Below, piece by piece: positions 28,500 through 37,770 of a stretch of 64,000 nt of DNA (position 1 is the first letter of the stretch; each line of letters starts with the position of its first letter). Made by a program: the position numbers and the translations under genes. The notes under the pieces were generated by a model. It worked only from the letters and a program-made list of their open reading frames with translations. It was not told where the DNA came from and ran no database searches. The stretch is taken from NCBI GenBank assembly GCA_031275485.1, contig JAISOS010000004.1, positions 2,163-66,162 on the forward strand. The letters are read 5' to 3'. This stretch comes from Clostridiales bacterium. Lineage in GTDB: Bacteria > Bacillota > Clostridia > Christensenellales > JAISNN01.

Positions 28500-28534
28500 G
28501 AGCCAACTGACACTTAAAATCAGTTAGCTCTTTT
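28500..28534 (+). terminator. rho-independent terminator of the XRE gene
   Basis: GAGCCAACTGA-n9-TCAGTTAGCTC followed by TTTT. Confidence 0.65.
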
Positions 28535-28546
28535 ATATGGACGTTG

Positions 28547-28644
28547 TAATTAGTGTTGCCAAATCGTTGCCACGGCGAAAATCAAGAGGTCAAAAAGCCA
28601 GTGTTTTCAACGGTTTGAGCCATCCGCCACATCATTCCCACTCG
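28547..28644. repeat. att-type direct repeat, guaA-proximal copy
   Basis: Pairs with 18956-19053. It includes the guaA stop (28632-28634) and the last 10 coding nt. Confidence 0.8.
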
Positions 28645-30155
28645 ACGGTACCCGGCGGTTTGCTTGTTATATCGAACACGACGCGGTTTACGCCTTTTAC
28701 TTCGTTGACGATTCTCGACGAAATTTTCTTCAAAACTCCGTGCGGTATCGGCGTATAGCCGCAGGTCATAAAATCGCTCGTCGTTACCGCTCTTACGGCT
28801 ATTAAGTTGTCGTAGCTTCTCTCGTCGCCCATAACGCCCACGGTTTTCACGCCCGTGAACACGGCGAAATATTGGCTGGCGTTAAGCCTTGATTTTTTTA
28901 TTTCGGAGCATACTATGTCGTCCGCATACCGCAGAATCTCCAATTTTTCCCTTGTAATTTCGCCTATGATTCTTATGGCGAGACCCGGTCCCGGAAAGGG
29001 CTGCCTGTTGACGAGAAAATCTTTTAAGCCCATTCTCGCGCCTATCTCTCTGACCTCGTTTTTGAACAGTCCCGAAAGCGGCTCGATAACCGAACGGAAA
29101 GACATATCCTTGGGCAATCCGCCCACGTTGTGATGACTTTTTATAGTAGCGGCATGCTCGCTTCCGGACTCTATTACGTCGGGATAGATCGTGCCCTGCG
29201 CCAAAAAACTCACGTCGCCTAACTTTTTCGCCTCGTCCTCAAATACTTTTATAAATTCCGCGCCGATAATTTTACGCTTTTTTTCCGGCTCGGAAACGCC
29301 AGCGAGTTTAGTCAAAAACCGCTCCTCCGCGTTGACCCTTATGAATTGCAAATCCATAGAGGAAAAGACGCGCTCTATTCGGTCGCCCTCGTTCAGACGC
29401 ATAAAGCCGTGATCCACAAATATGCAAATCAGTTGCTTGCCGACGGCTTTGGCGAGTATCGCGGCGCAAACCGACGAGTCCACGCCGCCCGAAAGCGCGA
29501 GAATTATGCGCTCTCCTCCCACCTTTTCTCTGATCGCCGCTATTTGTCTTTCTACGTAGTCGTCTATGTCGTAATCGCCCGTCGCGCCGCATATCCCGTA
29601 TAGAAAATTGCGTATGATACGTATGCCGCTCTCGGTAAGCTCGACTTCGGGGTGAAACTGGATTCCGAACAGCTTTCTTTTTTCGTCGGCGCAAGCCGCG
29701 TATTCCGTGTTCGCCGTGCTCGCCGTACCCGTAAAGCCATCGGGCAATTTCGTCACCTTGTCGGTATGACTCATAAGCGTCTTCGTTTTAATTTTCATAC
29801 CCTTAAAGAGGGAATTTTCCGTGTCCAACGTCGTCGCCGTTACGCCGTACTCGCTCTTTTTCGCGCCCTCGACACGCCCGCCCAAAGTGTGACACATAAG
29901 CTGCATGCCGTAGCATATGCCGAGAACGGGTATTCCCAAACGGAAAATTTCAGGGTCTATCGCGAGAGCGTTTTCCTTGTAAACGCTCTTAGGTCCGCCC
30001 GTCAAAATTATTCCGACGGGCGCGGCTTCTCTCACCTTTCCGGCGGAGATTCCGCCGCTCCTTATCTCGGAATAAACGCGGCATTCCCTGACCGAGCGGG
30101 CGATAAGCTCCTTGTATTGTCCGCCGAAATCGAGAACGAGAACGGTTTGACTCAT
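28632..30155 (-). CDS. guaA: GMP synthase (glutamine-hydrolysing)
   Basis: GATase motif GICYGMQLM, ATP-PPase motif SGGVDSSV, and the C-terminal PPGTVEWE. The start is set at the ATG at 30155, with a GGAGG SD upstream. Confidence 0.95.
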   Translation of the reverse strand: MSQTVLVLDFGGQYKELIARSVRECRVYSEIRSGGISAGKVREAAPVGIILTGGPKSVYKENALAIDPEIFRLGIPVLGICYGMQLMCHTLGGRVEGAKKSEYGVTATTLDTENSLFKGMKIKTKTLMSHTDKVTKLPDGFTGTASTANTEYAACADEKRKLFGIQFHPEVELTESGIRIIRNFLYGICGATGDYDIDDYVERQIAAIREKVGGERIILALSGGVDSSVCAAILAKAVGKQLICIFVDHGFMRLNEGDRIERVFSSMDLQFIRVNAEERFLTKLAGVSEPEKKRKIIGAEFIKVFEDEAKKLGDVSFLAQGTIYPDVIESGSEHAATIKSHHNVGGLPKDMSFRSVIEPLSGLFKNEVREIGARMGLKDFLVNRQPFPGPGLAIRIIGEITREKLEILRYADDIVCSEIKKSRLNASQYFAVFTGVKTVGVMGDERSYDNLIAVRAVTTSDFMTCGYTPIPHGVLKKISSRIVNEVKGVNRVVFDITSKPPGTVEWE

Positions 30156-30218
30156 AAAACACCTCCGCATAAAATGCAGGCAATAAATTTATGTTTTTTA
30201 TTTTATAGTCGTTTCTAA

Positions 30219-30839
30219 TTAATTAGAATTGCGATTACTTACAATTCTTTTATATAAATCGTCAAATATTTTTACAGTCTTTTCATCTTCACTTATATTC
30301 GGCATATAACCGTCGATTTCCTCGTACGCGATGTTTGCGAACTTTTCAAAAAAGCGTTTACCGCGATAGATAACATCGTTTTCGGGGACATAAATATTGC
30401 CCTTCATTTTCTTATTGGTGAAATAAAACAATACGGGTTTCACAACGGCATCTTTGCCGAACCCGCGAACAAGATAGGCGTAAGTTTTTAGTAATTTACG
30501 ATTAATGTCCACAAATTTGCCGGTATCGTGGTCATCGTTATATTTCACTTCAACATAATAATATATCCCGCTCTCTTTTTCGCGGAAGAAAATGTCTATA
30601 TCGTGCTTAAATATAACGGTGGGCAAGTCGTCGTTATTCTCATTCATTGATATTAGCTCGACAAGCTCGTTATACGCTTTCGTCAGGTCTTGTTCACAGC
30701 GGTTATTTAGTTGGCAATCGGTTATGTAATTATCAATAAGCGTCTCACTGTTTCGCGTAAGATGAAAGGAATTATTTTTAATGCCTGAATATTTTTTGAC
30801 AATTTCCAATTTTGTGTTTTGAGAGAGTATTTCATGCAT
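30219..30839 (-). CDS. putative Type II restriction endonuclease (PD-(D/E)XK)
   Basis: HDIDIFF...YYYVEVKY fits a D-x(n)-E-x-K catalytic motif. 206 aa, very AT-rich, adjacent and co-oriented with a DNA methyltransferase. No family was recognised by eye. Confidence 0.5.
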   Translation of the reverse strand: MHEILSQNTKLEIVKKYSGIKNNSFHLTRNSETLIDNYITDCQLNNRCEQDLTKAYNELVELISMNENNDDLPTVIFKHDIDIFFREKESGIYYYVEVKYNDDHDTGKFVDINRKLLKTYAYLVRGFGKDAVVKPVLFYFTNKKMKGNIYVPENDVIYRGKRFFEKFANIAYEEIDGYMPNISEDEKTVKIFDDLYKRIVSNRNSN

Positions 30840-30984
30840 TGCTTTTTCAATAAAGCTACCAATTGAATATTCATAGATTGAAGTAAACCGCTAAACAAGC
30901 GATAGCGGTACGGAATAAAATGCACTTTAACGTCGTGTTTCTTTTGCAAATGCCGAATTTTGCGCTCTTGCAACGAATTTTCAA

Positions 30985-32142
30985 TCAACGTGCGTTATTG
31001 AATCCGTCAATATTTTTTGTATACCAGACATCGTACTTTACCTCTGAAATATATTTTTGCCTTATATTATCAATTGAAACGAACTCGTTATTCCGCCTAA
31101 CCTCCCAATAATCCCAACCGTTTAATCTATTTGCGGTTGAATTTTTAACCCTTGCGATAGCGGTATGAATATCAAGCGGTTCGCTGTCCTGACGAATTAT
31201 TTTTCCGTTTTCCGTTAAAAAGAAATACGGTTTTGAGTTATAGAATAATTTTTCCCCGACCTTAAAATATCCTGCTTGTATCATTTCTTCGAAACTCACA
31301 CGCGGCGGCTTGCTGTCGAAAATTGCTTTTTCAATATCGCCGATGCATTCCTTTACCGCATCAAGCCTTTTTTGTCCGAATTCGCAGTATTGCCTGTTGT
31401 TCTCGATCATTATATATTTTCTTCCCATCCGTTTCGCGACGGTTCCGGTCGTCATAGTTCCGCCAAACGGGTCTAAAACAATATCGCCGAGCTTAGAGTT
31501 TAACGCGATAATTCTATATAAAATACTCTCGGGTTTTTGAGTGGAGTGCAATTTTACGCCGTTTTCGTCTTTTAACCGCTCCTCGCCTTGACAAACGCCG
31601 ATTCGCCAAACCGAACCTAATTGCTTGCGGATTCCCGCATTGAAATCCTTTTCAAAAACGGTATCTTTATTTAATTCCTTTGCCGTTTTATAATTAAACG
31701 TATATCGCGCCGATTTGCCTTTTGTAGCCCATATCATCGTTTCGTGAGCGTTATTTATCCGCGTTCCCTTAAAGTTCGGCGTCGGGTTCGTCTTCCACCA
31801 AATAACGTCGTTTATAAACCACAAATTCAAATCCTGCATGATGGCGCCGATAGTATAAACACATTGCATCCCGCCGATAACCCATATCGAACCGTTTGGT
31901 TTTAATACTTTTACGCAAGCGTTAAGCCAACTTTTTGTGAAGCTTTTATAATCTTCAAGCGAACTGAATTGATTATCCCATTCATCGGCGCAACCATCGT
32001 ATTCAGATCCGCTCGGACGGTTAAGAACGCCGTCGACTCTCATCCAATAGGGCGGATCCGCAAAAATTAAATCTATACTTTCGGCCGGTAATTTATTCAA
32101 TTCCTCAACGCATTCACCGTTTATTATCACATTTGTTTTCAT
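30985..32142 (-). CDS. beta-class N6-adenine DNA methyltransferase, CcrM/M.HinfI-like
   Basis: Motif IV IFADPPYW precedes HSTQKPESILYRII and motif I VLDPFGGTMTTGTVA. The C-terminal ~90 aa resemble the CcrM C-terminal domain. The start is set at the ATG at 32142. Confidence 0.8.
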   Translation of the reverse strand: MKTNVIINGECVEELNKLPAESIDLIFADPPYWMRVDGVLNRPSGSEYDGCADEWDNQFSSLEDYKSFTKSWLNACVKVLKPNGSIWVIGGMQCVYTIGAIMQDLNLWFINDVIWWKTNPTPNFKGTRINNAHETMIWATKGKSARYTFNYKTAKELNKDTVFEKDFNAGIRKQLGSVWRIGVCQGEERLKDENGVKLHSTQKPESILYRIIALNSKLGDIVLDPFGGTMTTGTVAKRMGRKYIMIENNRQYCEFGQKRLDAVKECIGDIEKAIFDSKPPRVSFEEMIQAGYFKVGEKLFYNSKPYFFLTENGKIIRQDSEPLDIHTAIARVKNSTANRLNGWDYWEVRRNNEFVSIDNIRQKYISEVKYDVWYTKNIDGFNNAR

Positions 32143-32222
32143 TATTATGCCCATCCTTTTGCTGCGCAAATCCCTGTTTAAAAAATCAGTGTAGGAACCA
32201 ACCGCTTAGACGACCGTCTCGT

Positions 32223-35200
32223 CTATATTTCGACCACGCCCTCGTAAACCAGCTTCGCGTCGCCCGTCATAACCACTCCGCCGTCGCCGTAGTTTACGGT
32301 CAGCTCGCCGCCCAAGAGCTTAACGGTTATATCCGCGTTCTTTTCGCAAAAGCCGTTCAAAACCGCCGCCGCCGCCGCCGCGCACGCGCCCGTGCCGCAT
32401 GCCAGAGTCTCGCCGCTGCCCCTCTCCCAGACGCGCATAGCTATGCCGTTGGAGTTTATTATCTTGACGAATTCCGTGTTGACCCGCTCGGGAAAAAGCT
32501 CGTGATTCTCGAAAAGCGGTCCTAATTTTTGCAAATCGAGGACGTCTATATCGTCGCAAAATACGATGCAATGAGGATTGCCCATAGACACGCAGGTTAT
32601 ATCGTAGTCCGCGCCGCCGATCGTCACTCTCTCGTTTATCACGCTGTCTTTACCGAACGCGACGGGAATTTCCTTCGCCGCCGTTATCGCCCTGCCCATA
32701 TCGACGCTAACGCGCGAAACCTTGCCGCTTTTGGTGAACAGTTTGAGCTTTTTTATTCCGCTTAACGTCTCTATCCTCATCTCCGTCTTTTTGACTATAT
32801 CCTTGTCGTAGAGATACTTGGCGACGCATCTTATCGCGTTGCCGCACATTTTGCCCTCCGAACCGTCAAGATTGAACATTCTCATCTTCGCGTCCGCAAC
32901 GTCCGACGGGCAAATCAGAACTATACCGTCGCCGCCTATACCGAAATGTCTGTCGGCAAGATACGCGGAAAGAGATTCGGGGCTGTTGATTGCGTTTTCA
33001 AAGCAATTGATGTATATATAATCGTTACCCGCGCCGTGCATTTTCGTGAATTTCAGCTTCATCTTGTCTTTCCTCATATTGTTTATGTCCACAAGCTCCG
33101 TGTTGCTCTCGCTGAACCGCCCGAGCAGACATTCCGCGAGCGCGTTCGCCGTGTCTATCGACGTAAGACACGGAATCTTGTTCATAGTCGCGAGACGGCG
33201 GATTTTCACGCTATCGCGGGCGGGATCTCTGCCTTTGGCGGATGTGGATATGATGTAATCTATCTTGCCGCTTTTTATGAGCGTTCGGGTGTTATCCGTC
33301 GGATCCTCGTGGATTTTTTTGACGACGGCGACGTTTATCGCCGCTTTTTTTAAAATCTCAGCCGTACCCTCCGTAGCGTAGATCTTAAACTTCTGATCGG
33401 CAAATTTCTTGGCTATCGCCGCGATTTCTCCTTTATCCTGATTACGCACGCTTATGAACACGCCGCCGCTCTTTTTGAGCCTGTATCCCGCCGCGAGAAG
33501 CCCTTTATAGAGAGCCTCCTGCAGATTCTTGCCGATGCCCAAAACCTCGCCCGTTGATTTCATTTCCGCGCCGAGCATGGTGTCCACGTCGGTCAGCTTC
33601 TCAAAAGAAAAAACGGGAACCTTTACCGCCGTGTACGGCATATCGCGCCATATGCCCGTGCCGTAAGGGAGGTCTTTCAACTTCGCGCCGAGCGAAACCT
33701 TGGTCGCGATTTCGCATATAGGAACCATCGTAACCTTGCTGAGATAAGGTACGGTGCGCGAAGCGCGAGGATTGACCTCTATGACGTAGAGATCGCCGTT
33801 TTTTATGATGTATTGTATATTGACTATGCCCCTAACGTTCAACCCGCGGCAGAGCTTATACGAGGTCTCTACGATTTTTTCGTACATATCGTCTGTGATG
33901 TTTTGCGGCGGGTATACGGCTATGCTGTCGCCCGAGTGTATGCCCGCGCGCTCGACGTGCTCCATAATGCCGGGAATGAATATATCCTCGCCGTCGAATA
34001 TAGCGTCGATTTCAGTCTCGTTTCCGCTGATATACTTGTCCACAAGAATGGGATTCGTAATGTTGTACTCCAAAATTATGCGCATAAATTCCTCGACATC
34101 CGCGTCGGAAAACGCCACAATCATATTCTGTCCGCCAAGGACGTAGGACGGTCTTATAAGTACGGGATAGCCCAGCCCGTTCGCGGCGTTCAAAGCCTCC
34201 TCCCGAGTCAAAACCGTGCGACCCAACGGACGCTTAACGTCGATTTTTTCCAAAAGCTCGTCGAAGCGCTTTCTGTCCTCCGCCATATCTATGCTGTCCG
34301 CGCCGGTGCCGATTATTTTCACGCCGTGCTTGCTGAGCGCGTCCGTCAGCTTTATCGCGGTCTGCCCGCCGAAAGCCACGACTGCGCCTACGGGCTTTTC
34401 CGCGTCGATTATGTGCAGTACGTCCTCGGCTGTCAAAGGCTCGAAATACAGTCTGTCGGATGTGTCGAAGTCCGTCGAAACGGTCTCGGGATTGTTGTTG
34501 ACGATGACTACGTTATATCCCAGTTTTTTCAGGGTGCGAACGCAATGCACGCTGGCGTAATCGAACTCTATACCCTGTCCTATCCTTATACAGCCGCTAC
34601 CGAGAACGACGATCGTTTCCTTTTTGCCGCGCTGAATGTATTCCGCCGCCTCGTTCTCGCCGCCGCTCTCGGGCGTGTTGAACGCGGAATAAAAATACGG
34701 CGTATCCGCAAAAAATTCACAAGCGCAGGTGTCTACCATCTTGTAATCGGGCTTTAAGGAGTAAGGTATGTCGTTCCCGCTGATTTTTTTTAGAGTCTTG
34801 TCCGTAAAGCCGTATTTCTTGCCGCGCGCATACTCCTCGTAGGAGATTTTTTTATTTTCTATAGATTTGGCGAAGTCCGCTATATTCTTGATTTTATACA
34901 AAAACCATCTGTCTATTTTAGATTTTTCAAAAATTTCGTCTGCGCCGAGTCCGCGGTAAAGCGCCTCGTAAACAGCGAAAATCCGCTCGTCCGTCGCCTT
35001 TTCGATATGATAAAACAAAAATTTGTCATCCGCCTCTCTGAACTTCTTATATTCCAAGAAATCAACGGGTAGCTCCGCGCCTCTGACCGCCTTTAAAAGC
35101 GCCGCCTCAAAGCAGTCGCCGATAGACATAACCTCCCCCGTAGCCTTCATCTGCGTGCCAAGCTCGCGTTTCGCGTATACGAATTTGTCGAAAGGCCATT

Positions 35201-36275
35201 TGGGAAACTTGACTACGGCGTAATCGAGCGCGGGTTCGAACGACGCGAATGTTTTGCCCGTTACGGCGTTCGTTATCTCGTCAAGATTATAGCCGACGGC
35301 GATTTTCGTCGCGACCTTGGCTATCGGATAGCCTGTCGCCTTGCTGGCGAGCGCGGAGGAACGCGATACCCTTGGGTTGACCTCTATGACCGCGTACCCG
35401 AAGCTGTCCGGATCAAGCGCGAACTGCACGTTGCAGCCGCCTTTCATATCCAAGGCGTTTACAATGTCGAAGGCCGCCTTTCTAAGCATCTGATATTCCT
35501 TGTCCGCAAGCGTCATCGTCGGCGCGACGACAATGCTATCGCCCGTATGTATACCCACGGGGTCAAAATTTTCCATAGCGCACACGGAAATAGTATTGCC
35601 GTTGTTGTCGCGTATAATTTCGTATTCGATTTCTTTCCAGCCCGAAACGCATTTTTCAACGAGGATTTGACTTATCGGCGACATTTCCAGACCGTTCGCG
35701 GAAATCTCCCGCATTTTGACCTCGTCCGAAGCGATGCCGCCGCCGCTACCGCCCAATGTGAACGCGGGACGCACTATGACGGGATAGCCCAGCTCCGCCG
35801 CCACGCGGAGAGCGTCGCCCGCCGTCGTCACGACCTCGGACGGAATACACGGCTGATTTATGCTCTCCATTAAGTCCTTAAAAAGCTGTCTGTCCTCCGC
35901 TTTGTCGATGGTTTCCGGTCCCGCGCCGAGCAGTCGTATCTTATGCTTCCTCAAAAAGCCCTCGCGGGCAAGCCGCATGCAAAGAGTCAATCCCGTCTGC
36001 CCTCCGAAGCCTGACAAAATACTGTCCGGCTTTTCCTTTTCAATGATTCTCTTGACGGTTTCGAGCGTCAGCGGCTCGATATAAATCCTGTCCGCCATCG
36101 CGTTGTCCGTCATAATCGTCGCGGGATTGGAGTTTACGAGTACGACCTCTATGCCGTCTTCCTTTAAGGCCCTAAGCGCCTGCGTACCCGAATAGTCGAA
36201 CTCGGCCGCCTGACCTATGACTATAGCCCCAGAGCCTATCAATAAAACCTTTCTAATCTCAGTATTTAAGGGCAT
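32223..36275 (-). CDS. carB-dapF: carbamoyl-phosphate synthase large subunit fused in frame to diaminopimelate epimerase
   Basis: The CarB part (36275-33063, ~1071 aa) starts MPLNTEIRKVLLIGSGAIVIGQAAEFDYSGTQ, with GGAGG upstream. The DapF part (33062-32223, 279 aa) starts MKLKFTKMHGAGNDYIYI and contains both catalytic Cys motifs (GNAIRC, ACGTGA). No stop codon separates them. Confidence 0.85.
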   Translation of the reverse strand: MPLNTEIRKVLLIGSGAIVIGQAAEFDYSGTQALRALKEDGIEVVLVNSNPATIMTDNAMADRIYIEPLTLETVKRIIEKEKPDSILSGFGGQTGLTLCMRLAREGFLRKHKIRLLGAGPETIDKAEDRQLFKDLMESINQPCIPSEVVTTAGDALRVAAELGYPVIVRPAFTLGGSGGGIASDEVKMREISANGLEMSPISQILVEKCVSGWKEIEYEIIRDNNGNTISVCAMENFDPVGIHTGDSIVVAPTMTLADKEYQMLRKAAFDIVNALDMKGGCNVQFALDPDSFGYAVIEVNPRVSRSSALASKATGYPIAKVATKIAVGYNLDEITNAVTGKTFASFEPALDYAVVKFPKWPFDKFVYAKRELGTQMKATGEVMSIGDCFEAALLKAVRGAELPVDFLEYKKFREADDKFLFYHIEKATDERIFAVYEALYRGLGADEIFEKSKIDRWFLYKIKNIADFAKSIENKKISYEEYARGKKYGFTDKTLKKISGNDIPYSLKPDYKMVDTCACEFFADTPYFYSAFNTPESGGENEAAEYIQRGKKETIVVLGSGCIRIGQGIEFDYASVHCVRTLKKLGYNVVIVNNNPETVSTDFDTSDRLYFEPLTAEDVLHIIDAEKPVGAVVAFGGQTAIKLTDALSKHGVKIIGTGADSIDMAEDRKRFDELLEKIDVKRPLGRTVLTREEALNAANGLGYPVLIRPSYVLGGQNMIVAFSDADVEEFMRIILEYNITNPILVDKYISGNETEIDAIFDGEDIFIPGIMEHVERAGIHSGDSIAVYPPQNITDDMYEKIVETSYKLCRGLNVRGIVNIQYIIKNGDLYVIEVNPRASRTVPYLSKVTMVPICEIATKVSLGAKLKDLPYGTGIWRDMPYTAVKVPVFSFEKLTDVDTMLGAEMKSTGEVLGIGKNLQEALYKGLLAAGYRLKKSGGVFISVRNQDKGEIAAIAKKFADQKFKIYATEGTAEILKKAAINVAVVKKIHEDPTDNTRTLIKSGKIDYIISTSAKGRDPARDSVKIRRLATMNKIPCLTSIDTANALAECLLGRFSESNTELVDINNMRKDKMKLKFTKMHGAGNDYIYINCFENAINSPESLSAYLADRHFGIGGDGIVLICPSDVADAKMRMFNLDGSEGKMCGNAIRCVAKYLYDKDIVKKTEMRIETLSGIKKLKLFTKSGKVSRVSVDMGRAITAAKEIPVAFGKDSVINERVTIGGADYDITCVSMGNPHCIVFCDDIDVLDLQKLGPLFENHELFPERVNTEFVKIINSNGIAMRVWERGSGETLACGTGACAAAAAAVLNGFCEKNADITVKLLGGELTVNYGDGGVVMTGDAKLVYEGVVEI

Positions 36276-36348
36276 TTCTATGCCTCCGAAAGAAATAATA
36301 TATATCTTTTTGTTTTTTTTTGAGGGGACGGGTTTTTTTGAGGCTTGT

Positions 36349-36388
36349 GCGGTAAAAACCTTTAACAAACGAAAGATTTTCCCCTCGC
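36349..36388 (+). repeat. palindromic element copy (plus orientation) inside the carA-carB spacer
   Basis: GCGGTAAAAACCTTTAACAAACGAAAGATTTTCCCCTCGC followed by CCTTTTCCAAAAACCTCGG. Confidence 0.5.
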
Positions 36389-36684
36389 CCTTTTCCAAAA
36401 ACCTCGGCTTTTATTATGTAAACGCGTAAACATCGAAAAATTCCGGCGTTTTTATGATCTAAACGGGTATTAAGCGTCGAATCCGCGCTTTTTGCCGGAC
36501 CTTTGCCGGATAGAACTCATAAGGACGCGCCGCGCTTACACGGCGTGAGTGCGGCAAAAATAAGGCGGAGGAGATTTGCGGCTTTTTATATTTTTTATGT
36601 ATTTTACGGCTATTAAACATCGCCGTCTTTCACGGCGGCGTCCTCGTTAATTCTTTCGCCGTCGGCTATTGCCCGTACCGCCTT

Positions 36685-37770
36685 TTATCTCCCGTCTATA
36701 AGCCTTATAAAATCGTCGAAAAGATATTCGGTATCGACGGGTCCGCCGGCGGCTTCCGGATGAAACTGCACGGAAAAACCCTTGAATTTTTTGTAAACCA
36801 AGCCCTCGTTCGTGCCGTCGTTGACGTTTATAAACAACTCGTCCGCAAGCCTCTCATCCACGCTCTCTCGAACGACGGCGTAGCCGTGATTCTGACTGCT
36901 TATATACACGCGCCCGTCCGAGAGATTTTTTACGGGTTGGTTCGCGCCTCTGTGTCCGTATTTCAGCTTTGCGGTGAGAAAACCGTTCGCGAGCGCCAAA
37001 AGCTGATGTCCTAAGCAAATTCCGAAAATCGGAATACCAGTTCTTATCAGCTCGCTTATCTCGTTTACAATCCCGACATTTTCCGCAGGGTCGCCCGGTC
37101 CGTTCGACAGCATAATTCCGTCGGGCTTAACCGCGGCGATTTCCCTCGCGGTCGCGTTATGCGGCACGACCGCTACTCTTTTTACACGCTTTAAGAGATT
37201 ACGCTTTATGTTCTCCTTCGCGCCGAAATCCATAAGCGCGACGGTATAATTCCTAACGTCCTTTTCATCGCCGAGAAATTCCTCCGTCCTTCGGGACGAC
37301 ACGCTTTTCACGGCGTCGATAATTTTATACGCTTTGATTTTTTCAAAATCCACGCGGCTTAGGTTGTCGGTCAGCATCGCGTTCATAACGCCGCGCTCCC
37401 TTATAATTTTGACGAGCGAGCGCGTGTCTATACCGCAAAACGCGGGCACGCCGTTCGCCGCAAGCATGCCGGTCAAGCGACCGCGGCTACGAAAGTTGGA
37501 CGGCATGTCCGTAAAGCTTCTCGCGATATAAGCGGACGCCGCGATTTTCCCGCCCTCGAAATCCTCGGGGATAACGCCGCAATTTCCTATAAGCGGGAAG
37601 CTCTGAACTATCATTTGCCCGTAATAGCTTTTGTCGGTCAGCGTTTCGATATACCCCGTCATAGCCGTGGTAAAAACGATTTCCGCAATGACGTCGTTAG
37701 ACGCTCCTCCGTCCAAAAAACCGCCCTGAAAAATCTTTCCGTTTTCTAAAACTAAATAACCCTTGCGCAT
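36685..37770 (-). CDS. carA: carbamoyl-phosphate synthase small subunit
   Basis: N-terminal CPSase small-chain domain and the GATase motif GICLGHQLL. Confidence 0.95.
   Translation of the reverse strand: MRKGYLVLENGKIFQGGFLDGGASNDVIAEIVFTTAMTGYIETLTDKSYYGQMIVQSFPLIGNCGVIPEDFEGGKIAASAYIARSFTDMPSNFRSRGRLTGMLAANGVPAFCGIDTRSLVKIIRERGVMNAMLTDNLSRVDFEKIKAYKIIDAVKSVSSRRTEEFLGDEKDVRNYTVALMDFGAKENIKRNLLKRVKRVAVVPHNATAREIAAVKPDGIMLSNGPGDPAENVGIVNEISELIRTGIPIFGICLGHQLLALANGFLTAKLKYGHRGANQPVKNLSDGRVYISSQNHGYAVVRESVDERLADELFINVNDGTNEGLVYKKFKGFSVQFHPEAAGGPVDTEYLFDDFIRLIDGR

Larger units (their letters stand above)
18956..28644 (-). mobile_element. ~9.6-kb integrative mobilizable element (IME) inserted at the 3' end of guaA
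   Basis: 98-bp imperfect direct repeats lie at both ends, and the right one overlaps the guaA stop codon. The interior encodes a tyrosine integrase, two excisionase-family HTH proteins, an XRE regulator, a MobC-like protein, an AAA_25 ATPase, a MobV relaxase and an R-M-S enzyme. There are no T4SS, coupling-protein or phage genes. The sequence is visibly AT-richer than its flanks. Confidence 0.8.

Noticed and set aside
18956-28644. Prophage or ICE interpretation of the guaA-linked element.
   Set aside because: It has no capsid, terminase, tail, lysis, T4SS (VirB4/VirD4-like) or coupling-protein genes, and 9.6 kb is too small. A relaxase plus an integrase fits an IME.
36276-36398. N-terminal extensions implied by the ORF track for carB (36398), the methyltransferase (51396), aroC (60345), guaA (30170), copA (12165), the CcrM-like MTase (32169), int (27509), the xis-like gene (27766) and the small HTH gene (23201).
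   Set aside because: In each case an internal ATG coincides with the conserved protein N-terminus and is preceded by a GGAGG-like SD at 6-10 nt. The upstream extensions cover intergenic repeats or promoters.
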